From the NCBI GenBank assembly GCA_038087875.1, contig JAXLNO010000252.1, forward strand, positions 310,001 to 374,000: a stretch of DNA of 64,000 nt, read 5' to 3'. Below the pieces are notes generated by a model. It ran no database searches. It was not told where the DNA came from and saw only the letters and a program-made list of their open reading frames with translations. Source of the DNA: Malacoraja senta. Taxonomy: Eukaryota. A program made the position numbers and the translations under genes. This document shows, one piece after another, positions 53,733-64,000 of the stretch (the stretch's first letter is position 1; the number at the start of each line of letters is the position of its first letter).

Positions 53733-54559
53733 TAACTAAACAAAGTTTCATCTTCAAGTAGAATTTGTGACTACAATGTATTGGCCATGTATTACCTACA
53801 CTGCTCCTGGGTTGATCCTGGCATGTGTAGGAAGGAACTGCAGATGCTGCTTTCAACCGAGGATAGACACAAAACGCTGGAGGAACTCAGAGGGACAGGC
53901 GGCATCTCCGGAGGGAAGGAATGGGTGAAGTTTCGGGTCGAGACCCTTCGTCACCCATTCCTTCTCTCCAGAGATGCTGCCTGTCCCGCTGAGTTACTCC
54001 AGCTCTGTGTCTATATATAGATTTTGTTCCTGGTACGTATGGCTGCGGTTTGTTCTGCCATGCTTGCCAATATGTCATGGTGACCCTGGCTCTGTGTTCA
54101 CCACCCACTTTCCCCAGAGACAGAAGCTGTGAGCAGAACTGTGGCTCAGCAGGTGGACAATAGATGCAGGAGTAGGCCATTCGGCCCTTCCAGCCAGCAC
54201 CGCCATTCAGTGTGATCATGGCTGATCATCCCTAATCAGTACCCCGTTCCTGCCTTCTTCCCCATATCCCCTGACTCCGCTATCTTTAAGAGCCCTATCT
54301 AACTCTCTCTTGAAAGCATTCAGAGAACCTGCCTCCACCGCCCTCTGAGGCAGAGAATTCCACAGACTCACCACTCCCTGTGAGAAAAAGTATTTCCTTG
54401 TCTCCGTTCTAAATGGCCGACCCCTTATTCTTAAACTGTGTGTGGCCCCTGGTTCTGGACTCCCCCAACATCGGGAACATGTTTCCTGCCTCTAGCGTGT
54501 CCAAGCCCTTAATAATCTTATATGTTTCAAAATCTTCAGACTGAGAGTAAGACCCCGAG

Positions 54560-54895
54560 CTGAAACGTCACCTATCAATGTTCTCCACAGATGCTGCCTG
54601 ACCCGCTGAGTTACTCCAGCACTCTGTGAAACGTCACCTATCCATGTTCTCCACAGATGCTGCCTGACCCGCTGAGTTACTCCAGCACTCTGTGAAACGT
54701 CACCTATCCATGTTCCCCACAGATGCTGCCTGACCCGCTGAGTTACTCCAGCACTCTGTGAAACGTCACCTATCATGTTCTCCACAGATGCTGCCTGACC
54801 GCTGAGTTACTCCAGCCACTCTGTGAAACGTCACCTATCCATGTTCTCCACAGATGCTGCCTGACCCGCTGAGTTACTCCAGCTTTTTGTGTCTG
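54560..54895 (+). repeat. About 5 tandem 64-bp Penelope-derived units
   Basis: Same unit as 48966-49370. Confidence 0.9.
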
Positions 54896-55012
54896 CCTCT
54901 CACCTTGTGGCCCTATCAGTGTTATAAAGAACACCTTCCCCAAGCTGTAACACAAGGCTTTCGTTCACTTTGCATGTGGCCAAACGCCAGCGGTTTTATT
55001 GAAATCATGGAT

Positions 55013-57760
55013 GGATAGAGATAGAGGGATAGAGAGAAAGGAAAAGGAGGTGGGGGTAGCGTTGCTGGTTAGAGAGGAGATTAACGCAGTGGAAAGGAAG
55101 GAGGATGTGGAATCGGTATGGGTAGAGCTGCGAAACACTAAGGGGCAGAAAACGCTGGTGGGTGTTGTGTACAGGCCACCTAGCAGTAGTAGTGAAGTTG
55201 GGGATGGCATCAAACAGGAAATTAGAAATGCGTGCAACAAAGGCAAAACAGTTATAATGGGTGACTTCAATCTACATATAGATAGATTGGGTGAATCAAA
55301 TTGGCAGGGGTGCTGAGGAAGAGGATTTCTTGGAATGTATGCGGGATAGTTATCTAAACCAACATGTAGAGGAACCAATGAGAGAGCAGGCTAATTCTAG
55401 ACTGGGTATTGAGTAATGAGGAAGGGTTAGTTAAGCAGTCTTGTTGTGCGTGCCCCCTTGGGCAAGAGTGACCATAATAATGGTTGAGTTTCTTCATTAG
55501 GATGGAGAGTGACATTGTTAATTCAGAAACAACGGTTCTGAACTTAAAGAAAGGTAACTTTGAGGGTATGAGACGTGAATTGGCCAAGATTGACTGGCAA
55601 TTAGTTCTAAAAGGGTTGACGGTGGATATGCAATGGAAGGCATTTAAAGACTGCATGGATGAACTACAAAAAATTGTTCATCCCAGTTTGGCAAAAGAAT
55701 AAATCAGGGAAGGTAGTGCATCCGTGGCTAAGAAGGGGAATCAGGGATAGTATCAAAGCAAAAGATGATGCGTACAAATTAGCCAGAAAAAGCAGCATAC
55801 CAGAGGACTGGGAGAAATTCAGAGAACCAGCAGAGGAGGACAAAGGGCTTAATTAGGAAAGGGAAAATAGATTATAGAAGGAAACTGGCAGGGAACATAA
55901 AAACTGACTGCAAAAGTTTTTATAGATATGTGAAGAGAAAGAGATTAGTAAAAACAAATGTTGGTCCCTTGCAGTCAGAAACGGGTGAATTGATCATGGG
56001 GAACAAGGATATGGCGGACCAATTGAATAACTACTTTGGTTCCGTCTTCACTAAGGAAGACATAAATAATCTGCCGGAAATAGCAGGGGGCCGCGGGTCA
56101 AAGGAGATGGAGGAACTGAGTGAAATCCAGGTTAGTCGGGAAGTGGTGTTGGGTAAATTGAATGGATTAAAGGCCGATAAATCACCAGGGCCAGATAGGC
56201 TGCATCCCAGAGTACTTAAGGAAGTACCTCCAGAAATAGTGGATGCATTAGTGATAATTTTTCAAAACTCTTTAGATTCTGGAGTAGTTCCTGAGGATTG
56301 GAGGGTAGCAAACGTAACCCCACTTTTTAAGAAGGGAGGGAGAGAGAAAACGGGGAATTACAGACCAGTTAGTCTAACATCGGTAGTGGGGGAAACTGCT
56401 AGAGTCAGTTATTAAAGATGGAATAGCAGCACATTTGGAAAGTGGTGAAATCATTGGACAAAGTCAGCATGGATTTACGAAAGGTAATCATGTCTGACGA
56501 ATCTTATAGAATTTTTCGAGGATGTAACTAGTAGAGTGGAATAGGGGAGAACCAGTGGATGTGTTGTATCTGGACTTTCAGAAGGCTTTCGACAAGGTAC
56601 CACATAAGAGATTAGTATACAAACTTAAAGCACACGGGTATTGGGGGTTCAGTATTGATGTGGATAGAGAAACTGGCTGGCAAACAGGAAGCAAAGAGTA
56701 GGAGTAAACGGGTCCTTTTCACAATGGCAGGCAGCCGACTAGTGGGGTACCGCAAGGCTCAGTCCTGGGACCCCAGCTATTTACAATTTATATTAATGAC
56801 TGGATGAGGGAATTGAAGGCAATATCTCCAAGTTTGCGGATGACACTAAGCTGGGGGGCAGTGTTAGCTGTGAGGAGGATGCTAGGAGACTGCAAGGTGA
56901 CTTGGATAGGCTGGGTGAGTGGGCAAATGTTTGGCAGATGCAGTATAATGTGGATAAATGTGAGGTTTATCCACTTTGGTGGCAAAAACAGGAAAGCAGA
57001 CTTTTATCTAAATGGGTGGCCGATTAGGAAATGGGGAGATGCAGCGAGCCCTGGGTGTCATGGTACACCAGTCATTGAAAGTAGGCATGCAGGTGCAGCA
57101 GGCAGTGAAGAAAGCGAATGGTATGTTAGCTTTCACAGCAAAAGGATTTGAGTATAGGAGCAGGGAGGTTCTGCTGCAGTTGTACAGGGTCTTGGTGAGA
57201 CCACACCTGGAGTATTGCGTACAGTTTTGGTCTCCAAATCTGAGGAAGGACATTATAGCCATAGAGGGAGTGCAGAGAAGGTTCACCAGACTGATTCCTG
57301 GGATGTCAGGACTTTCATGAAGAAAGACTGGATAGACTTGTCTTATACTCGCTAGAATTTAGGAGATTGAGAGGGATCTTATAGAAACGTACAAAATTCT
57401 TCATGGGGTTGGACAGGCTAGATGCAGGAAGATTGTTCCCGATGTTGGGGAAGTCCAGGACAAGGGGTCACAGCTTAACGATAAGGGGGAAATCCTTTAA
57501 GACCGAGATGAGGAAAAACTTTTTCACACAGAGAGTGGTGAATCTCTGGAACTCTCTGCCACAGAGGGTAGTTGAGGCCAGTTCATTGGCTATATTTAAA
57601 AGGGAGTTAGATGTGGCCCTTGTGGCTAAGGGATCAGGGGGTATGGAGAGAAGGCAGGTACGGGATACTGAGTTGGATGATCAGCCATGATCATATTGAA
57701 TGGCGGTGCAGGCTCGAAGGCCGAATGGCCTACTCCTGCACCTATTTTCTATGTATCTAT
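55013..57760 (+). mobile_element. Near-complete CR1 ORF2 (APE endonuclease plus RT), frameshifted
   Basis: [58 protein letters not shown], 3' tail. Confidence 0.95.
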
Positions 57761-57815
57761 GGATGCAAGAATTACCTGGATAGCGAGCAACAGAGTTTAG
57801 AAATACAGCACGGAT

Positions 57816-58780
57816 TTATGTTTCAATAAGATGCCCTCTCATCCTTCTAAACTCCAGAGTGTACAAGCCCAGCCGCTCCATTCTATCAACATATGACAGT
57901 CCCGCCATCCCGGGAATTAACCTTGTAAACCTACGCTGCACTCCCTCAATAGCAAGAATGTCCTTCCTCAAATTAGGGGACCAAAACTGCACACAATACT
58001 CCTGGTGTGGTCTCACTAGTGCCCTGTACAACTGCAGAAGGACCTCTTTGCTCCTATACTTAACTCCTCTTGTTATGAAGGTCAACAGGCCATTTGCTTT
58101 CCCTTTTCCCAACTTGACACCATTCAGATAATAATCTGCCTTCCTGTTTTTGCCACCAAAGTGGATAACCTCACATTTATCCACATTAAACTGCATCTGC
58201 CATGCATCTGCCCACTCCCCCAACCTGTCCAAGTCACCCTGCATCCTCATAGCATCCTCCTCACAGTTCACACTGCCACCCAGCTTTGTGTCAGCTGCAA
58301 ATTTGCTAATGTTACTTTGAATCCCTTCATCTAAATCATTGATATATATTGTAAATAGCTGCAGTCCCAGCACCAAGCCTTGCGGTACCCCACTAGTCAC
58401 TGATGGTCCCAGCACCGAGCCTTGCGGTACCCCACTAGTCACTGCTGGTCCCAGCACCGAGCCTTGCGGTACCCCACTAGTCACTGCTGGTCCCAGCACC
58501 GAGCCTTGCGGTACCCCACTAGTCCACTGCTGGTCCCAACACCGAGCCTTGTTGTACCCCACTAGTCACTGCTGGTCCCAGCACCGAGCCTTGCAGTACC
58601 CCCACCAGTCACTGCTGGTCCCAACACCGAGCCTTGCAGTACCCCACTAGTCACTGCTGGTCCCAGCACCGAGCCTTGCGGTACCCCACTAGTCACTGCT
58701 GGTCCCAGCACCGAGCCTTGCGTGTACCCCACTAGTCACTGCTGGTCCCAGCACCGAGCCAACCAATTTTCAAACCATGT
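57816..58780 (-). mobile_element. CR1 fragment with about 9.5 tandem 42-bp PQG-motif units (58364-58760)
   Basis: Repeated GTCCCAGCACCGAGCCTTGCGGTACCCCACTAGTCACTGCTG. Confidence 0.93.
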
Positions 58781-59044
58781 CATACGAGTAAAAACTAACA
58801 GCAACTAGTCTGGATCACATTGAATGGCTCGAAGGGCCGAATGGCCTATTGTCTATTGTCTATTGACAGGAGAAGGAAATCCTTGCTCCGAGATCTGACG
58901 CACTGCTTTTTCCCAACTTCATAGTTTGACTCCATTGGAGACAATAAAATAGGTGCAGGAATAGGCCATTCGGCCTTCGAGCCAGCACCGTAGAGAGAGA
59001 GTCCAGACTCCAAGCTGGGGAATAAGAATCAGAGCGCTCTCGGG

Positions 59045-59340
59045 CATCACGATGGCGCAGCAGGTAGAGCTGCTGCATCACAGCGCCGGAGACCCGGGTT
59101 CCATCCCCACTACGGGTGCTGTCTGTACGGAGTTTGCACGTTCTCCCCGTGACCTGCGTGGGTTTTCTCCGAGATCTCCGGTTTCCTCCCACACTCCAAA
59201 GACGTACAGGTTTTGTAGGTTAATTGGCTTGGTATACATGTAAACATTGTCCCTAGTGGGTGTAGGATAGTGTTAGTGTGCGGGGATCGCTGGTCGGCAC
59301 GGACTCGGTGGGCCGAAGGGCCCGTTCCCACGCTGTATCC
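59045..59340 (+). mobile_element. HE1-like SINE
   Basis: GGCGCAGC..TAGAG (A-box-like), GGTTCCATCC (B-box-like), V-domain. Confidence 0.87.
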
Positions 59341-59341
59341 A

Positions 59342-59483
59342 GGGAAAGGAGGATGGGGAGGGGGATGGAGGAGAGAGAGAGAGGGACGGAGGGGGGAGTG
59401 GGAGGATGGAGAGGGAGGTGGAGGGGTAGTGAGAGAGAGGGAGGGAAGAGAGAGAGAGAGGAGAGAGAAGAGAGAGAGAGAGA

Positions 59484-59537
<54 letters not shown>

Positions 59538-59566
59538 GGAGGGAGAGAAGAGAGAGAGAGGGGGAG

Positions 59567-59622
<56 letters not shown>

Positions 59623-60210
59623 AAGAGAGAGAGAGAGAGGGAAAGAGAGAGAGAGAGAGAGGGAAAGAGAGAGAGAGAGAGAGGGAAAGAGAGAGAGAGA
59701 AAGAGAGAGAGAGAGAGGGAAAGAGAGAGAGAGAGAGAGAGAGTGGAGGAGAGAGAGAGAGAGGGAAAGAGAGAGAGAGTGGAGGAGAGAGAGAGAGAGA
59801 GAAGAGAGGGAAGAGAGAGAGGGAAAGAGAGAGAGAGAGAGAGGGAGAGAGAGAGAGGGAAAGAGCGAGAGAGAGAGAGGGAAAGAGAGAGAGAGAGGGA
59901 AAGAGAGAGAGAGGGAAAGAGAGAGAGAGGGAAAGAGAGAGAGGGGGGGGGAGGGGGATGTGTCGCCAGCCTTGTCCCGGGGGTATTTGTTGTTGACACT
60001 AACAACAGGTCGGCGTTGCTGAGCAGAGAGTGAGCCTCTCCTCCCCTCCCCTCCCCTCCCTTCCCCTCCCTTCTCTTCTCCTCTCCGTTCCCTTCCCCTG
60101 CCCTCTCTTCCTCTCATCTCCTCTCCCTCCCCTCCCCTCCCCTCCCCTCCCCTCCCCTCCCTCTCCCTCCCTCTCTGCTCCCCTCCCCACTCCTCCCCAC
60201 TCCTCCCCAC
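59342..60210. repeat. (GA)n polypurine tract followed by a C/T-rich tract in SLC44A4 intron 1
   Basis: Direct inspection. Confidence 0.93.
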
Positions 60211-60214
60211 TCAC

Positions 60215-60285
60215 CATAGGGCTCCGAATCCTTCCCTTCGGCCGCTGCCGCCGCTGCCGCCTGCCGCTTTCTTCTTCTTGCCCAT
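60215..60285 (-). CDS. SLC44A4: SLC44A4 coding exon 1 (MGKKKK.RQAAAAAAAEGKDSEPY-G; one apparent frameshift)
   Basis: gacATGG Kozak context in CpG-rich sequence; ...GAG CCC TAT G|GTGAG donor matches mammalian ..EAY G| phase 1. Length 71 nt is one base off 3n+1. Confidence 0.75.
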
Positions 60286-60719
60286 GTCGGGGCCGCCACT
60301 GTCCGGGTTCCGCACCTGTACCTGTACCTGTACCTTGTACCTGTACCTGTGGCCGCGTCAGCGCACCTGTACCTGTTGCAGTTGCTTGTGTCCCGGCCCC
60401 GCCCCCACTCCCGCCGTCAGGTGAGTCCCAGCCCCGCCCCCAGCCGTGTCAAGCTGCACTCACCTGTCCGGCTCCCCCCTCACCTGTCCCCTCACTCACC
60501 AGCATGGCACCCCCACCTGCCTCCCCCCCCTCACCTGCCGCCCCACTCACCCGCCGGCCCATTACCTGTTGGATTGCCTGTTTACCTGTCGGCCCCGTCA
60601 CCTGTTCCCATCACCTGTTCCCCTACACCTGCAGACCCTGCAATTGTTCCCCATCACCTATCTGCCCCTTCCCTTCACCTGCCCACCGCTTCACCTGACG
60701 GCCCCCTTCACCTGTCTTC

Positions 60720-61255
60720 CTCATCACCCGTCTACCCCCTCACCCGTCCACCCCCTCACCCGTCCACCCCATCACCCGTCCACCCCCTCACCCGTCCACA
60801 CCCCTCACCCCGTCCACCCCCTCACCCGTCCACCCCATCACCCGTCCACCCCCTCACCCGTCTACCCCCTCACCCGTCCACCCCCTCACCCGTCCACCCC
60901 ATCACCCGTCCACCCCCTCACCCATCCCACCCCCCTCACCCGTCCACCCCATCACCCGTCCACCCCCTCACCCGTCTACCCCCTCACCCGTCCACCCCCT
61001 CACCCGTCCACCCCCTCACCTCCCGTCCACCCCCTCACCCGTCCACCCCATCACCCGTCCACCCCCTCACCCGTCCACCCCCTCACCCGTCCACCCCCTC
61101 ACCCGCCCGCCCCCTCACCCGTCCGCCCCTTCACCCGTCCGCCCCTTCACCCGTCCGCCCCTTCACCTGTCCACTCCTTCACCTGTCCACCCCTTCACCT
61201 GTCCACCACCTCACCTGTCCACTATTCACCTGTCGGCCCTTCACCTGTTCCCCTT
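60720..61255. repeat. 16-bp minisatellite CCCTCACCCGTCCACC upstream of SLC44A4 exon 1
   Basis: About 30 tandem units. Confidence 0.93.
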
Positions 61256-62014
61256 CATCTGTCAGCCCTGTACCTGTTGGCCCCTTCGCCCTTCGAGCCA
61301 GCACCGCCATTCAATGTGATCATGGCTGATCATCCCCAATCAGTACCCCCGTTCCTGCCTTCTCCCCATATCCCCTGCCTCCGCTTATATTTAAGAGCTC
61401 TATCTAGCTCTCTCTTGAAAGTATCCAGAGAATTGGCCTCCACTGCCCACAGAGGCAGAGAATTCCACAGACTCACCACTCTCTGGTGAAAAAGTGTTTC
61501 CTCATCTCTGTTCTAAATGGCTGACCCCTTATTCTTAAACTGTGGCCCCTGGTTCTGGACTCCCCCAACAGGGCCCTGTACAACTGCAGAAGGACCTCTT
61601 TGCTCCGAGACTCGACCCCTCTTGTTATGAAGGCCAACATGCCAGTGGCTTCAGTTCTGTTTTGCACGAGACCCTTCTGCAGCCTGCCTGCTATCACCTT
61701 TCACCTGACTTCCTCGTTAATTTCCCTATGCAAGCAGTAAACGCCCTGCTCAGCGCAATCCACCCCATCAAGGAAGTGCAGAGAGATTAAAAAAGATTGC
61801 TGTTAAAAAATTAACCTTGGTGGCAAAGGTTAGCAACAACTGGAAGATTACACATCTCTGAGGGTCATGTGAGAATAGTTTCTGGGCAGTGCCCAGACTC
61901 CAGGCAGTAAATCTTTGAAGTGAGGGAAAAACAGCTATAGGAATTGTAATTCTCAAGGTTGTGTCCAAAGGTTGGGGTTAGGGAGAGCAATGTATCCAAT
62001 GCTTCCTGGTATTG

Positions 62015-62675
62015 AGAAAGCCAATGGCTTTATAACAAGAGGAATCGAATATAGGAACAAACAGGTCCTTCTGCAGTTGTACAGAGCCCTAGTGAGACCA
62101 CACCTGGAGTATTGTGTGCAGTTTTGGGTCCCCTAATTAGAGGAAGGACATTCTTGCTATTGAGGGAGTGCAGCGTAGGTTCACCAGGTTAATTCCCGGG
62201 ATGGCAGGACTGTCATATGCTGAGGGAATGGAGCGGCTGGGCTTGTACACTCTGGAGTTTAGAAGGATGAGAGGGTATCTCATTGAAACATATAAGGTTG
62301 TTAAGGGCTTGGACACGCTAGAGGCAGGAAACATGTTCCTGATGTTGGGGGAGTCCGGGACCAGGGGCCACACAGTTTAAGAAGAAGGAGTAAGCCATTT
62401 AGAACGGAGACGAAGGAAACACTTTTTCTCACAGAGAGTGGTGAGTCTGTGGAATTCTCTGCCTCAGAGGGCGGTGGAGGCAGGTTCTCTGGATGCTTTC
62501 AAGAGAGAGCTAGATAGGGCTGTTAAAGATAGCGGAGTCAGGGGATATGGGGAGAAGGCAGGAACGGGGTACTGATTGGGGATGATCAGCCATGATCACA
62601 TTGAATGGTGGTGCTGGCTCGAAGGGCCAAATGGCCTCCTCCTGCACCTATTGTCTATTGTCTATTGCCTATTGC
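62015..62675 (+). mobile_element. CR1 LINE 3' fragment
   Basis: RT C-terminal ORF plus CTATTGT tail. Confidence 0.9.
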
Positions 62676-62919
62676 AGCGTGAAATGGTGGTCACTGTGGT
62701 GATGGTGCGATTACAGACTGCTTTGTGTTTAGTTACACAACAGCCTTGTAAACACACACTTGGCTTGAGGGGAAATATGAGAGGCTTTTTAATCCAGCGC
62801 TCTCGACGTCAATTTATCTCCTTGACACCAGCCTCAGGTTTCCCGAGCCCACCCTCTCCCTGGCACTAAACGTTAACCACTTCCATTATCTACACTGTAA
62901 GTGGATCGATTGTAAACAT

Positions 62920-63890
62920 GTCATAGAATCGCAGGGTGATCCAGTGTGGAAACAGGCCCTTCCTTCAGCCCAACTTGCCCACTTCCGGCCAACATGCCCC
63001 ATCTACACTAGTCACAGAGTGATACAGTGTGGAAACAGGCCCTTCGGCCCAACTTGCCCACACCGGCCAACATGCCCCATCTACACTAGTCACAGAGTGA
63101 TACAGTGTGGAAACAGGCCCTTCGGCCCAACTTGCCCCACACCGGCCCAACATGCCCCATCTACACTAGTCACAGAGTGATACAGTGTTGAAACAGGCCC
63201 TTCAGCCCAACTTGCCCACACCGGCCAACATGTCCCATCTACACTAGTCACAGAGTGATAGAGTGTGGAAACAGGCCCTTCCTTCAGCCCATCTTGCCCA
63301 CACCGGCCAACATGCCCCATCTACACTAGTCACAGAGTGATACAGTGTGGAAACAGGCCCTTCCTTCAGCCCAACTTGCCCACACTGGCCAACATGCCCC
63401 ATCTACACTAGTCACAGAGTGATACAGTGTGGAAACAGGCCCTTCCTTCAGCCCAACTTGCCCACACCGGCCAACATGCCCCATCTACACTAGACCCACC
63501 TGCCTGCGCTTGGTCCATATCCCTCCAAACCTGTCCTATCCAATGTACCTGTCCAAACGTTGGGATAGTCCCAGCCTCAACTACCTCCTCTGGCAGTTTG
63601 TTCCATACACACACCACCCTCTGCGTGAAATAGTTACTCCTCAGATTCCTATTAAATCTTTTCCCCTTCACCTTGCACCTATGTCCTCTGGTCCTCGATT
63701 CCCCTACTCTGGGTAAAAGACTCTGTGCATCTACCCGATCTATTCCTCTCATGATTTTGTACACCTCTATAAGATCACCCCTCATCCTCCTGCGCTCCAT
63801 GGAATAGAGACCCAGCCTACTCAACCTCTCCCTGTACCTCACACCCTCTAGTCCTGGCAACCATCCTCGTAAATCTTCTCCGAACCCTTT
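62920..63890 (-). mobile_element. HER1-like CR1 3' end with about 9 tandem ~62-66-bp tail units
   Basis: Same family and tail unit as 37645-38380. Confidence 0.88.
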
Positions 63891-64000
63891 GTCTTTCCCC
63901 AAACTGGAGAGCACGCAACAAAAAGTTGTTCTCTGTACCCCGGTACACATGAAATAAACTAAACTAAATTACTCATGATGTGTAAGAAAGGTCTCGACCC

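Noticed and set aside
55013..57760. Active autonomous CR1
   Set aside because: 5'-truncated (no ORF1, partial endonuclease) with many frameshifts, though some may be consensus errors.
59045..59120. tRNA gene
   Set aside because: tRNA-derived SINE head continuing into the V-domain and LINE-like tail.
34581..60285. Assignment as SLC44A2 or SLC44A5
   Set aside because: WLYGDPR, YPRNSTG and NGLQCPT match CTL4, whereas CTL2 has WTHGDPR and YPTDSRG.
59110..61489. Arg/Glu-, Ser/Leu- and Pro-rich ORFs
   Set aside because: Products of (GA)n and the 16-bp minisatellite.

Overview
Vertebrate genomic DNA, most likely a skate or ray (HE1-type SINEs, CR1/HER1-type LINEs and Penelope-like remnants dominate). 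It looks like a piece of the MHC region. Three spliced genes can be reconstructed by hand. (1) The last four coding exons of tapasin (TAPBP) on + (IgC1 exon with apparent indels, TM exon with the conserved intramembrane Lys, and a tail ending KKRN*), preceded by a 14.6-kb higher-order (CA)n array. (2) The 5' end of an unidentified + strand signal-peptide gene with an IRF/ISRE-like motif in a CpG-rich upstream region. (3) Exons 1-7 of SLC44A4 (CTL4/NG22, an MHC class III gene) on -. Genes 2 and 3 both break off at a 200-N scaffold gap (32450-32649). The rest is CR1, L2, Rex1 and L1-type fragments, hAT-, Harbinger- and foldback-type MITEs, G-rich minisatellites, and ~90-bp Penelope-derived elements carrying a minimal hammerhead-ribozyme core, one with a clean target-site duplication. 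Nearly all long ORFs in the supplied track are repeat artefacts. Gene and family assignments rest on my recognition of motifs, not on database searches; repeat boundaries are approximate.
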